64,000 bases of DNA from Narcine bancroftii. Lineage: Eukaryota. Of the stretch, positions 12,691 to 26,119 are shown piece by piece (within the stretch, counting starts at the first letter, position 1; the number at the start of each line of letters is the position of its first letter). The notes below the pieces were generated by a model. The model saw only the letters and a program-made list of their open reading frames with translations. It had not been told where the DNA came from and ran no database searches. Location of the stretch: positions 26,598,001-26,662,000 of the forward strand of contig NC_091476.1 of the NCBI RefSeq assembly GCF_036971445.1, in the 5' to 3' direction. Made by a program: the position numbers and the translations under genes.

Positions 12691-13935
12691 TGCAGTTATC
12701 TTTTCATTTCCTTTGAAAATTGCAAAACCTGAAATTCAACAGAAAACTTTTCTGCATACTTCACTTTTCCTGAAGGTTTTTCTCTTCATTCAGTGAGGAC
12801 AAGCTTTCATGTCAGTAAATATGTTCTCAGCAATTATCCCACCAGATTCAGATCACATCGAACAAACTCAGAAGCTGACAACAGCGTGAAATCAACATAA
12901 TCTTTTCTCGCCATAAACATAATTGGCAGGGAATGAAACCTTTGTACTGAAGTATCTGTGTACAATTTACTTGATGTTTCTTGGAAGTGAATGGGTAGAA
13001 AACAAATTAAACATTAAAATCTTGTACATGATATGACAGATAAAAAGGATACTGTTATCCAGGCTAACATTATGAATGTATCCATATAGCTTGGAAACTA
13101 ACTGAGGTTTGTTGCTGGTTTTAATAGACTCCTGTACAGCCTGTCTCTGACAACCAGTTGGTGCTAATGCTCCTTCGTTGGCAGAGATCACTTGGGGTGT
13201 AAGATGATCCCTTTTGGAGGTTTTATTTACACGGACGTAAGGTTACCTAATCCTTGAATCACAGTTACAATGGCAGACATTAAAGCTGGAATTAGAGATC
13301 AGGGCTAACCCATAATTTCTTTGAGAGGGTTCAATGTTCTTTCTTTTCTGAAATTATCCATGAGCAAGATGAGACAATATTCCTTTAAAAGTCCTTCTGT
13401 GATAAGTCATCACCAGATAGCCCTGTTCTTCATTGCCGTCTCCCAGGCTCTGACGTCTATGCTGTAACACTTGCAGTCTGTTGCAAGGGTATTTTGAAAA
13501 TATTTCATTTGACCTTCCACATCCTTTTTCCTTATCCCAATATGTCAGACATTAGACCTCTCGACTGATGCTGGGCGACGATGTTCTCATCCTGCTGTCA
13601 TGGAACAGTTATATTGAAGCTCTTCCAAGCAGAACATTCAGTTCAAGGTTTTTTCAGGTATTTTTCTGTACATAACCAGTCTTTCAATCTTAGGGGACAG
13701 TTGGTCACAAGGCAGAAAGATGGGAGTGTACAAAGGTAGTGGCCTAAATGGGAGGAAAGATGGAATACAGTAAAGTGGAGGTGCTTACATGATGAGAAGA
13801 TGGGATGGAGGGTGCAATGGGATTTAAAAAAAAGAACAAATGAAGATGTTCAACTGATCTAAGATTCCTTTAACTTGTTCACAAGTATGGACAAACATTT
13901 GTGGGACCAACAATTGAAAACATTTCAAACATTTG

Positions 13936-14380
13936 AGGGCAGCATAGTTAGCATATCAATGTACTACCACTCAACCACAATCAGACAGAGGGTTGTGATT
14001 AATAGGCTTTAAGGTGATTAATCATACTTTGATTAGTGTCAGCACAGCTTGCATGTTGCTGCCCGGTTCCAAGGCAAGTACTGAGGGAGGGGTTTGGGTG
14101 TGACAGCCTTTATGGGGATATCTGGGAGAGGGCCAGGCCAGCCCGTAGCACCACAAGCAGTTAGCAGAATACTGTTACAGCACCAGCGATCTGAACTGGG
14201 GTTTCAAATCCCGTACTGTCTGTAAGGAGTTTGTATGTTCTCCATCTATCTGTGTGGGGTATCCCCGGAGGCTCCAGTTTCCTCCCATCATTCAACAAGT
14301 ACTGGGTGTTGTAATTGGGCGGCACGGGTTTGTGGGCCGAAATGGCCTGTAACCGTGCAGTATGTCTAAATTTAAATTTA
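13936..14380 (+). mobile_element. HE1-type SINE interrupted by a solo LTR
   Basis: Head GGGCAGCATAGTTAGC at 13937 resumes at 14156 with AGCAGTTAGCAGAATACTGTTACAGCACCAGCG; ends in CR1-like tail. Confidence 0.8.
13960..14155. mobile_element. Short solo-LTR-like insertion (196 bp)
   Basis: TGT...ACA termini with imperfect inverted ends (TGTACTAC / GTAGCACCACA); cleanly splits a SINE head. Confidence 0.6.
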
Positions 14381-16009
14381 TATGCAAACACATATGCTCA
14401 ACAATGATGTGCCAATCAGAACTTGAATGTGTATTCCTCACACATAATGCACATATCAATCCAGAACTAAATGCAAGCTGTACTCTCCCTGTTTATAGTT
14501 ACTAGAAGTGTTTACAAAACCCATGTGATTTTAGTTCTCCATTACCATTGAATAAGAGTGTGGTTCTCCTACATTCCAACACTACCTCCCATCTGCTCCG
14601 GGAGAGGATGCATCAGCTGTCACCCACCTGTGTGACAAGATCCTCTGCTACCATTCAGCCTTTCTCTGATTCACTTCCCGAGGGACAGCAGTGAGATGCT
14701 GCAGAAGCATCATCACCTGATACACTTCACTGATACCCAACCCCAACCATTCCAAGCATGTGGCAGACCTGCTGGCTTGACGTTTAAAGGATTGCCTTGA
14801 TGATTGCAAAGGGTTTCCCTGTGGGGGTTGAATGACTTGCCCCTTTATCTGAGAGCTGGATAGTCCTCTTACATACTAATGAAATGTGATATGATCCCAT
14901 AGGTTTCAGACTTTTATCTCTAATTCCAGCTGTCACTCCATTTCTCTGTCCTTGTTTTATCCATGTGTTTGGAGATTTTATTCCAAAGTTATTTTATTAA
15001 GTATTAACAATTTTATTTCTTTCTTCTTGCTTGATCCCAGGGAGGACTGACACCTTAAGTGCTAATTAGATAAGTGTGGATAAAGTTTACATTCATTTGT
15101 TTTGAAGGACATTGCTGTCTGAGGATCTTCTCATTTTTACTGGACAGAACTACACCTTTGGGTGCCAAGACAAACCTGAAGTGATTGCTGCTGTGATTTA
15201 GTTCTTCTGTAATGGAGCTACGGGATCAGATCTCACATTGTGGTACCATTTTGGTTGTACTGCTTTGGATGCCATACCAAAGCACATTTCACCCCCTAGA
15301 GAGAAATCTTGATCTGGATTTAAAGTACTTGTCTAGTACAATTTCTTTTTAAAGTAATCTGCATTTTCTTTTTTCTAGACAGTATTGTCCATAAGATTAC
15401 AGACTAGTAATATGTATTTATGGCATCAGATCAGTCGCAGAGTACAGATTATCTTTAGCCATCTAGATGTCCTTTTCACTGTCCTGAGTAGGACAGGTCC
15501 ATGCAAATTGGGAGATTATAGCTTCAGAATAAGAAAGCAAAAACATTTATAAAAACCTTTAATAAAATGTAATACTTCAAGGGCATCTCACAGAAAAAAA
15601 AAATCAAAGAAATTTAACACTTGTTAAAAATGTGTTAAGCTGTGGGCATCGATGACCAACCACCCAGTCAGATTTGAGTTTGATGGCCTGTGTTACTGAA
15701 TAGCCTGAAAACAATAGCTATTTAGCTTCACAGATGGAGAATGTTCACGCAAGGTGCCAGTGAGCAACTAGTGCTGTTAATGGACGTGACACCAGAAAGG
15801 TGGAGAAAATAGGATTGTGGCAAAAATATAACTCACCACAACTTAATCATTATCAGAGAGAAACAGCGTGATTTGTGCATTAGTTTCTTTTTCTGCACAG
15901 GTGCCAGAAAACAGGGAAGAAACACCAGTCAATGCTGAATTGAATTGAGATATTGGTAATTCCTTCTCCCCACAGATGCTTAGATGCAAAGAGTTTCTCA
16001 GCAGTTAAG

Positions 16010-16586
16010 AATGACAGATTTCTGGGAGTCAACATCTCTCGGCCTCCATGAAGAATGCTCGACATCAGCTATCTTTTGTGAGGAGTTTGAGGGGATTTCG
16101 TATGTCACCAAAAACTCTTTCAAATTTCTACAGATGTACTGTGGAGTGCATTACTGTCTGGTATGGAAGTACCAATGCACGGGACAGGAAAAGACTACAG
16201 AGAGTTGTGAACTTAGCCAGTGCCATCATGGGCATCAGTCTTCACTCCATTGAAGAAATCTACAAGAGGAACTGTCAAGAAAGCAGCCTCTATCCTCAAG
16301 GCCCCCCACCACCCAGGCCATCAGGCCCTCTTCACTCTGCTAGCATCAGCAAGGAGGTACAGGAGCCTGAAGATGAACACACAACTGTACAGAAACAGCT
16401 TCTTCCCCTCCACCGTCAGATTTCTGAATGGACCATGATCCACAGACACTACCTCGCTTTCTCTTCTTTTGCACTAATTTATTCATTTATTTAAAATGTA
16501 ATTTGTCGCAATATTGGGACCTGTAATGCTGTCACAAAGCAATTAATTTCTTGGCCAGCTTATGACAATAAATTCTGATTCTGATT
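16010..16586 (+). mobile_element. Rex1/Babar LINE 3' fragment
   Basis: KTLSNFYRCTVE, KKAASILKAPHHPGHQALFTLL, RNSFFPSTVRFLN; AATAAATTCTGATTCTGA tail. Confidence 0.9.
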
Positions 16587-16707
16587 CGGTTTGTTTTTTT
16601 ACACCAAGAGCAAGGAGGAGCGTGTGCAAGAATTTAAATTTGCCAACTTTAAGAGGGAAGCTTACACGTTCTTAACGTTACGGAGAAGATGTTTCTGCCA
16701 GTAACAA

Positions 16708-17228
16708 ATTCAGAATCAGAATTTATTTTCATGAATTCAGTGTTTTTGTGGCAGCAGCAAGTCCAAATATTTATATAATAACCATCTTACAACATTACCA
16801 TTAAAAAAAATTTTAATGAAAAATAGCAGCACACAAAAGGTAAGGCAGTGTCTTTGGTTCAATGCTTATTCAGGAATCTGGTGGCATTGGGGAAGAAACT
16901 GTCCTTGTGCCATTGAGTGCTTGTCTTTAGGCACCTGTCCCCCTCTCTCGATGGTAGCAGAATGAAGAGGGCGTGACCTGGGTGGTGATGGGGGTCTTTG
17001 AGGATAGAAACTGCTTTTTTAAGACACCACCTCAGGTAGATGTCCTCAATGGAGTGAAGTCTGGTGCCTGTGTTGTTGCAGGCCAAGTTAACAACCCTCT
17101 GGAGTTTATTCTTGTCCTGAGAGTTGGAGCCTCCATGCCAGGCAGTGATGTAACCAGCCAGAATGCTCTCCACGGAACACCTGTAGAGGTTTTTAAGTAT
17201 TTTTGGTTACATACCAAATCTCCTCAGA
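16708..17228 (-). mobile_element. Rex1/Babar LINE 3' fragment, tail-to-tail with the previous copy
   Basis: ESILAGYITAWHGG...LKKAVSILKDPHHHPGHALF...KDSFFPNATRFLN. Confidence 0.9.
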
Positions 17229-17239
17229 AATCTCGTCCC

Positions 17240-17525
17240 TCAACAATAAGTATACTGATTTGAATATTATTCGAGGAGGGAGTGGCCTACCAGGTACAAG
17301 CCTTAGTGGTCAGGTCTTTGGGACAGAATCTGGTTCTTTAGTTCAGAAGGAAAGTGGGGAGAGAAAAAGAGTAATAGTAATTGGGGATTTGATAGTTGGG
17401 GAACAGACAGGAAGTTCTGTGAACAAGATTGAGACTCCAAGATGGTTTGTTGCCTCCAAGGTGCTAGGGTCAGGGACATCTCAGATTGAGTCCACTGCAT
17501 TGCAAGCAGTCAGATTTCGTGGTCT
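17240..17525 (+). mobile_element. CR1 ORF1 fragment (SGNH esterase-like)
   Basis: GTESGSLVQKE..RVIVIGDLIV followed by frameshifted MVCCL.GARVRD-like sequence typical of CR1 ORF1p. Confidence 0.7.
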
Positions 17526-17534
17526 ATGTTCGTA

Positions 17535-18060
17535 GCCCCTTTCACATTGCCAATCCTCCAAAAAGCCAAGTAATCGACCCAGTTGCAGTACCTGGTAAGC
17601 CTTTTACACTGGACCATAAATTACCAGGTACACATGTGACTTGCAAATCTAAGGGGGGGCCCAATCTCCAGCAATAAAATCACAGCAGGAATAAAGCATG
17701 TATGCAATCAATATATAAAGGATGGTGGTAAAAAAAACACACACAATTTTAAAAGACATATGCGCTCCATGTATTAAAGACTGTTGGAAAATCTACCGCA
17801 GTGGGCTTCAGACTGTTCAAACCTCGGACAAACCCACACTGTCAGAGCACGGTTGGCGGGGCTGTCAGCATGCAGTCAGTGGAGCTGTCAGCATGTATAT
17901 GCACTTCAAATCATCTCAAGATTACTTATAATACTACCAGATTGATGCACATGCATTCAGGCTCTAACATCACAAAGGGTACCCAGTTGAGCAGGTTAAC
18001 TATTCACCCTGCCACAGAGTCAGTGCCGAGTTAACTCAGCTGGACTCTGATACAACCCCC
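17535..18060. mobile_element. Possible PIF/Harbinger-type non-autonomous element remnant
   Basis: Begins GCCCCTTTCACATTG, with internal CCTTTTACACTG; no partner TIR found. Confidence 0.35.
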
Positions 18061-18071
18061 TACCATCATTT

Positions 18072-18882
18072 GAGGCTGCAGAGAAACTTAGATTAGGAGA
18101 ATGTGGCAAATGAAATACAATGTTGGAAAGTGTATGACCATACACTTTGCTCGATGGAATAAAAGGACAGACAATTATTTGGATGGGGAGAAAACTCAAA
18201 GTTCAGAGGTACAAAGGGACTTGGGAGTCCTCGTGCAGGATACCCTAAAGGTTAACCTTCAGGGTGAGTTGGTGGTGAAGAAGGCGAATGCAATGTTACC
18301 ATTCATATCAATAGGAATAAGATATAAGAGCAGGGATGTGATGTTGCGGCTTTATAAGGAACTGGTGAGGCTTCACTTGGAGTACGGGGTACAGTTTTAG
18401 GCTCCTTATTTAAGAAAGAATGTGCTGACATTGGAGAAGTTTCAGAGAAGATTCACAAGAATGATTTCTGGAATGAAGGGATTAGATTATGAGGAACATT
18501 TAACATCTGTACTCCTTGGGGTTCAGAAGAATGTTGAATGGTTTTGACAGAGTAGATGTAACAAAGTTGTTTCCCATAGCAAGGGAGTCTAGGACAAGAG
18601 GGCACAAATTTAGATTTGAAAGGTGCCCATTCAAAACAGAGATGTGGAGTAATTTTTAGCCAGAGACTGAACCTTTGGAATTTGATTCCACAGGCATCTG
18701 TGAAGGCCAGCCTATTGGGTGCACTTAAGGCAGACATTGATCAGTATCTGAATATTCAGGCTATCAAATGTTATGGGGAGAAGGCAGGGGAGTGGGGCTG
18801 AGTGGAAGAATAGATCAGTGCGTGAGTGGACATGATTGGCCAAATGGCCTACTTCTGCTCCTATATCTTATGGTCTTATGGT
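18072..18882 (+). mobile_element. CR1/HER1 LINE RT 3' fragment
   Basis: WQMKYNVGKC, QRDLGVLV, VKKANAML, LYKELVRLHLEYGVQF, FSQRLNLWN; TCTTATGG repeat tail. Confidence 0.92.
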
Positions 18883-19879
18883 ACTTCATGAAAATATATT
18901 TTTTTAAAAATAGCCATTCTAATTCCTAAGAGAGGCAAAAATCAAATAAAAATTCCCTCCGATCATCACCTCTAGACTTGCCCCTTTGATATCCACCCTC
19001 CAATTCTTGAAACCACTTGAATGGTCTCTCACTGACAATAGGAAAGGAATTATCAACAATGTGTGATTCCATCATGACACCTAAAAGAAGAAGCATTTGA
19101 CCTCATGATTCTTTTAAACATTAAAGGACATTTAGACACCTTCATGGATGGATATGGGCAAATGGGGCAAGCTCAGATAGGAAACAGCAGCATGGATGAG
19201 TCTGTGCTGTTTAACACTTCAACTCCACGATTGATTAATACATCCAGTTCAACGAAGTAACAGTGGGGCATCAAAAATTCTCTGTATCTCTCCATTTCTG
19301 GTCTCTTGTAATCCTTCATCACTCCATCTTTGGGAAGTCTCCTTCAGAGGCTAAGAGTCTGAACTCCCAGCAGAAACCTCTCTGTTTTTCTTGAAGATTT
19401 TCCATTAATCCCATCTTGTTGACCAAGTATCAAGCCCAGTTACTCTCTGTGACCCCAGCAAATTCTTGTACTATAGTAATGAAGTGAAACATCTTAATAA
19501 TCTCTAGTAATCTGGAGTCATAACCCAAAGCATTGGAACAGCCAAGAAGAGTTCAGGGCATTTCCAAAATTTACATCAGTTAATAAGTGGAGCAGTCTCG
19601 ATGGGCTAATAGGACTACTTCTGCTCCTATATCTTGCAATAACTGGAATTTATTTAAAAAAACAAATTCTTATATTAATAACCACCAGACAACTAGATTG
19701 TTCTCAAAACCCATTTGTTTCCTCATGCTCCACATGAGGAAGAAATCTGCTAACCCACCATGTCTGGTCTACAGGTGGACCCAACAAAATGGTGGCTTCT
19801 TAACTTCCCTAGGAAATGGCTGGTAGCAAGGTACCAGTGCAAAATGAAAATTATAAAATCAGATGGACTACCCATATAT

Positions 19880-20290
19880 GTATCGAGATAGCCAATAAAT
19901 TAGATCAAAGCTTTGGAGTCCTGCTTCATCCACTTGTCAATGTTAGTGGGCAATTAAAGAGCTAATGGAGTAGATGGTTCCAAGGATATTTTATTCTCCA
20001 GATGTTAGTGGGATCCAGAATGTGAGTGCTCTGGACAAAGTTGAGGCATTTGCCAGAAAGCTCAGCCAGAAATGCCTCTAAGATATTCTACTTAGCTTCA
20101 CTCCACGATGCTCATCATCCGGATGTCAATTCAATTCACTCTGTGTGATATAATGGAACAGCTAAGGCCAATGGATAGAGCAAAGGTAATGCAACCAGAT
20201 AACATACTGCTGTGCTTTTGGCCATGCTGTTGAATTCAGTAACAATTCTGACATCTTCCAAACAATATGGAAAGGTGCCCAGATATACTT
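19880..20290 (+). mobile_element. Old CR1/L2-clade RT fragment
   Basis: Degenerate KA.GPDNI.A.VL...WK.AQ-like stretch at about 20170-20285. Confidence 0.45.
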
Positions 20291-20794
20291 TTTATAATAA
20301 GCAGGTCAAATTCAATTCAGAAACTGAATTGGAACTTTACAGATTTGATCTTAGTAAATTGAAACCAACATTGAATTAAGCAAAGTAGAACGATCATGGC
20401 TTCCTGGTTATGTATCCTGATGAAAATAACTGCACACTGAATGAACATAACTGAGTACTGGACCATGGGGAATACAAATGTAAATTTCCAGTTTCTTGAA
20501 ATCTGGAAGTCTCTCCTCCAACAGAATTAATCTGCACACATGTTAAATTTAAAGTTGATTTGAATGAGGTTGTTTTCAATTTTCAGTCACTCTCTATTTA
20601 ATATTTTAAATGTACCTGTTCTTCAAATGCATTATTTTGTTCAGTTTTTTTAGTATTTTGTTAATATTTAAACATAAAATTGGGTGATCAGCCTGAACTT
20701 GATGTGCACATTTAGTAGTTTCTGAAATGAGCAGACTTATAGTGTGTGACCAGCTTTGATAAAATAGTAATTGTCATCATCTACATATTAATAT

Positions 20795-21126
20795 TATAAC
20801 CATAGAACATTACAGCACAAAAACAGGCCCCTTTGGCCCTTGTAGACTGAGCAGAACCAATTTTTTGACTAGTTCCACTGACCTGAACCCAGTTCATAGC
20901 CCTCCAAACCTCTCCCATCCATGTATCTGTCCAAATTCTTCTTAAGAGTTAAAATTGAGCCAGCATTCACCACTTCAGCTGGCATCTCATTCCATACTCC
21001 CACCACTCTCTGCATGAAGAAATTTCCCCTCATGTTCCCCCTAAACTTTTCCCATTTTACTCAACCCATGTCGTCTGGTTTGTATCTCACCTATCCTCAG
21101 TGGAAAAAGCCTGTCTGCACTTACTC
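20795..21126 (-). mobile_element. CR1/HER1 LINE 3' fragment
   Basis: Reverse strand FRGNMRGNFF.QRVVGVWNE.PAEVV; TTCTATGG tail. Confidence 0.88.
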
Positions 21127-21444
21127 TGGTAATTCCTTCTCCCCACAGAAAAAGAGAAGGAAACAAGTCAAAGCTACAGGATTGTTGACCGATATAATAA
21201 TGTTTCACACTATTTGAGCAAGATATGGAGGTTATCCCTCACCTCTTACCTGTTCTTGCCGAAGCCTGGTGAGCCAAAGCCTTTACCTCTCTGACTCAGC
21301 CCATTCTGATGATAACCACTCTCTCAAAGAGATTTAGATTGTATCAATACTCAACTATAAAAATTACAAAATGAAGATATAACTAATCTTTCATTTCTGT
21401 GTTCAAAGCAGCTCCTGCAGAAATGTTTATCGTTCTTTTAACAG

Positions 21445-22394
21445 TTGATAATAATAATGAGTTTATTGTCAGTGTTTGAATACAATATAGATATGCACCA
21501 AAATTCTTATGCTGCATCCAAACAGGTACTTTTTTAAAAGAAACTCCCATAGTATAGATTAAATTAGTTCAGTAGTGAAAGAGGTAATAAATATAAATTG
21601 CAGATAAATAATAAATATTTACAGTTACAGTTAGTGCAAGAGGCAAAAAGAGTGGTGTTTCAATGGTGCAGACAAATCTTTTTGTGGTGCCTTAGTAGTT
21701 TATGGTTTAGTAAGGGGAAGTTCAAGAACTTGATAGTGTTTGAAAGAAAACTTATCTTGAACATGAGGTGCTTGTCCTCAGGCCTCCATAACTTTTTTCC
21801 TGAAAAGAATGGCGAGAAGAGTTGTGACCAGGGTAATTTATGACATCGACTGCCTTTTTAAAAAAAAAATTATTTTTCACACTATAAACCATATTGACCA
21901 AAATACACATAAACAGTTCCCTCTTGAATATACACAGTGTCATTTTCTCCCCTTTTCCCCCCTCCTCCCTTCCCTCCCTCCTTCCCACCCCCTCCCCACC
22001 CACTCAACATTCAACATATACAATACATTAAACCCATTAAACAATGTCATCACACAATGAAAATAAACAAGAAAATTGTGTCATCTACTTTTACACACTG
22101 GGTCAGTTTATTTCGTCTTCTCATTCTGTCATTTCAGGTGGTGGAGGTGTCTGTTGTGTTCCATGTACGGTTCTCACATAAATGTCTTCAGTGGATGGGA
22201 AGTCAGAACTGTGGTGTTACTTTCTGAAGCCTTCTGCATTCCTGGGTGCTCAAATTATCAAACCAGGCTGTGATGCCATCAGTCAGTCTCTGTTTCCACA
22301 GTTCACCTTAGAAGTTTGATGGTGTATTTTATTTCATCCCAGATCTCAGAAAGTAGAAGCACTGTTGTGCCTTCTGCATGGTTGCCTCAATGTA
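21445..22394 (-). mobile_element. Old Rex1/Babar 3' fragment, split by an L1/Tx1 3' end
   Basis: Rex1 3' motifs at 21715-21855 and 22185-22394 are colinear across the insertion. Confidence 0.6.
21856..22185 (-). mobile_element. L1/Tx1-type 3' UTR and tail insertion
   Basis: T-rich tail, C-rich tract CCCCCTCCCCACCC, CCATGTACGGTT end-of-ORF motif. Confidence 0.55.
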
Positions 22395-22563
22395 AGTGCA
22401 GGACATGAACTCCAGTCCCGATCACTGGCGCTGTAAAGGTTGAATCTGCTGCTGTTAGTACAAACTCCTTACAGATTGTGTTGGGCTCGAACCCCGGACC
22501 CGATAGCAGCAGATTCAACCTTTACAGCGCCAACGATCGGGACCAGGATTCGAGTCCTGCACT
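22395..22563. repeat. Fold-back (inverted) SINE-derived structure
   Basis: 22395-22453 is the imperfect reverse complement of 22505-22563; the loop is also SINE sequence. Confidence 0.85.
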
Positions 22564-23274
22564 ATCTCCAATTTATATTGGAGATTAACTATTATATAGT
22601 TAATAAATAGTGGCAGATTCAAAATGTGGTGGACCACAGATCGCCAGATAATAGAAGTTCAACCTGTACTAACCCTCTCCATCCCATTAGTGTATACAGA
22701 TGCATGGTCCCTCAGTCTCCACTTCCTAATATTCACAAAGGTGCTGGAGATACACAACAACTTATCCTGTATCCATGAAAAGAAACAAGAAATTAACATT
22801 TCTAGATCAGAGAACCAAGAAATTATGCAGGTTAGAATCATAACAATAAAACTTTATTTTTAATAGTTAAAATTTATGAGAAGTTGGAGATCGGAATGCA
22901 AATGTAGTTTCTGTCGGCCTGAATTTGATTTTCAATGATGGATGTGGCAGAGGTCAAGCCACTGTTCAGGAATTATGTGTCGGCAGGGTCTTTGTGATGG
23001 GGAAGTTATGGGGTCAAAAAGTTTTCCATGTTTAAATATGAGACCGTGGTTGCAGTTCAATGGGATCAACAGAACATCATGAAATAATGTCCATTCTTCC
23101 CCTTTAAATTTCCATATCTTGCTCAATTAGTGTGAAACATTATTATATCAGTCAACAATCCTGTAGCTTTGACTTGTTTCCTTCTCTTTTTCATTTAATG
23201 TCCTATATGAGTTGGTTCCTCAAAGATTTGCAGTCCAACAGCACTTTTCCCAACTGGTCTCTCTGTTGTTATCT

Positions 23275-23595
23275 ACCCCAATGGCTGAGTTATAAGAAAG
23301 ACATAATTAAACTAGAAAGGATGCAAGTAAGATTGATGAGAATTTTGTCAGGACTGGAGAGCCTGGATAGTCGAGGACCCTTTCACTGAAGCGTAGGATG
23401 CTAAGAAGATGACCTTATCACTCTTAAGGTGAGAGGGAAATGATTTGAAAGGGACATGAGGGGCTACATTTCCACACAGAGGGTGGTTTGCATTGGGAGT
23501 CTACAAAGGAAACTGTAGAGAGGGGTACAATTTAGGTTTAACAGCTTGATCTGCAGGGATGAATTGGGCCAAAAGGCCTTCTGTGCTGTATGATA
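23275..23595 (+). mobile_element. CR1 3' fragment, old
   Basis: YKKDIIKLERMQVRLMRILSGLE; CACACAGAGGGTGGT. Confidence 0.8.
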
Positions 23596-24984
23596 CAAAT
23601 ATAATATTTCCTTTAATTTCACATGCTCATCAATCTTACCATTTCAGGTACAATGCTCACTTGCTGAAAAATGCAAATCATTATCTGAGGTTAAAATCCT
23701 TGAGAAAATGTAATTGGCTGTATTCTGCAAGCAATATTGAAGACAAGGTCCTACTCTCTGCATACAGCCTGGGTCCTGGATATGTTCACTGTATTATTAC
23801 AGGCTTCATGGTGATTTTATTATTTTTCATATTCTTTTGGGAGGTGCTAACCTAAAGGAAAGCTGTCCACAAATATCCAGAGGTCTGTGTCATATCGGTT
23901 ATCTGGATTCCCCAGTTGAATTCCAGAAGACTCTAGAATCTTATAGCCATAATGTCTTCAAGATGATCGAACAGCCAAATAAATTGTAAATTCTCACAAA
24001 CGGATGGAAAGGCACTATGTGATCTAATATTTTAAAATATTTTACAGAGCATAAAATAAATATTGGAACAAATACATAAGCAGCTAATATATAGTTAATA
24101 AATATTGAAATATATAAAAAATTTACTTTTTTCAAATTATTTAGACAAGGGAATTACAATCTATGCCACTTCTTTAGAGTTGCTGTGTACTAAATATGAA
24201 ATATAATGTTGAAGAAACATACTTTTACTAATATATTATAATACTTTCAGGATATTCCACAATGAGATGTTTATAAATCCAAGAAATCCATGTGGTGCTG
24301 AAGTCCCATAACAGTGGTCTGTGGAGATGTGGATTTCTTTCTTAAACTACCCTTGTGCGGGAATTGCAACGTTGATGTCAGATTCACAGTCAGTTCTGCT
24401 GGTTTTGCCATTGTTGCAATCACTGTATCCAAGTCAATCAGTGGCTCTATTTAACAAAATGAGGCTTCTGGAAATCAGACCATGCTGCCAGGAAATCATC
24501 AATCAGCAATTTGAAGACCTTAATATAACATCCTGAATAATCCCAATTCACTGACTACTACAATAGGCATCTCTTTTTTTAAAAAAGTGCACAGTGGGAA
24601 CTATTTTAGCAAAGATTTATTTTGTTAATCTTTATTCAGAGAACATTTTGAAGTACTCCCAAAGCAGAGCATTTCTCTCTAATGGCTGGGTTAATGACAG
24701 TCAGAGAGCTAATAAAAGCACAAGGCTCCCAGGGTGAAAATCTACTTTGAAAACATACAATTCTCAAAGAGACACAAAGTCTAATTAATGCCTTGGGTTC
24801 ATTCCTGATGTTGACATTGCTCTACTTGACGAAGATGCAAAAATTTACCATCGTTACTGAACTAATCGTTCAAAGGCTCATACAAAAGATTCACAGCCAC
24901 AGGTTCAAGTTCACCTTAGCATGGGGGAATTAAAATGTGATGAAATTGAATCTCTAACCAAAGTACACGATGATCTGGTCACCA

Positions 24985-25210
24985 GAACCCGTTGGGGCAA
25001 AGAATTCCAGACTCTAACGACCCTCTCAGAGAAAAAAAATGTCTACGCCCCTCAGTTTAAAATGATATGTCCCTGCTTTGTTATTATGTCCCCTTGTTCT
25101 CCTACTGGTGAAAACATTTACCTTATCACTCCCCTTACGGTATTATTCGTTCGAATAAAGTGATCCCACATTCTTCTGAGCACCAAAGAAAACAGGCCCA
25201 AACGATATAT
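24985..25210 (-). mobile_element. CR1 3' fragment, old
   Basis: AGAATTCCAGACTCTAACGACCCTCTCAGAGAAAAA is the reverse of FFSERVVRVWNSL. Confidence 0.65.
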
Positions 25211-26119
25211 CTTTATCCTTGCTGGCTTCTATGTTTGTTCAGATTCATCATTCTGTTGACTGTCAACTGGCCTCTGAAGTGCTCTAAGAAAACAATCTTT
25301 CAAGAATTACTAGGGAGAGATATAAATGGTGATCTTGCATAAATAATTACTTTGCATAAAATATATTTAAAAAATTAAACCCTACTTGCAGAAATTACTA
25401 CATTTTTAGGTTTTGCACTCCAGAAATCTAAACACAACCAGAGCACCCATTGACATTTTGAATGTGCTACTAACCCTTTCACATCACTATATGTGGCTCA
25501 TTTTTCCCTTTATGTTTTATCCTCTCCAACAACATATCAAGGTCAAGGGTTGGGGGGGGGGGGAGCCACAATTGTTTGTATTTACATTTTAACTTTCAAT
25601 GAGAAGGATTTTTACCAATGCATTGCAAGGCAAAAATTGAATGCTGTGCCAAAGGAAAAAACATTAGGAAGAGTGATATGATTGAAAGTTTGGTGATATA
25701 GCTAGATATTGAGGGAAAGTTTGATTTTAAAGAGGAAGATGGAGATATTGTGATAAGTTAATTGAAAAAAATGAGCTGAGGAGAATGACTAAAGTATGAA
25801 GTTTATAAAGAATAGGTTTTGATGACTTTCCAATGTTTAACTATAAACAATAGCACCTTATTACACAACAGGGTCTGTAACTATTCAGACTGGGATCACT
25901 CTAAATACATACTCCCTTCCCTGGATTACTCTCTCCATTGAAGACAAGGTCAGATTTACTCTCTAATTCCTTGGCATGGATCAGGCAACGTCTCACTATA
26001 TCTTCTTCCTACAACACCAGAGAGCTCCCCAGTCAGTTTATTTGAGGGGAGGTGGTTTTTATCACCTTTGATTATGAGAATTAATAATTTCAGCAATGTT
26101 TTCCAGTATTGTTGGTTAA

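Noticed and set aside
13936-14230. tRNA gene (A/B-box-like motifs), here and in the other SINE heads
   Set aside because: No cloverleaf; these are tRNA-derived SINE heads with LINE-like tails
15954-21149. 23-bp identity TGGTAATTCCTTCTCCCCACAGA at 15954 and 21127, the latter at a CR1 truncation point
   Set aside because: Short and resembles a common Penelope terminal motif, so local templating cannot be argued
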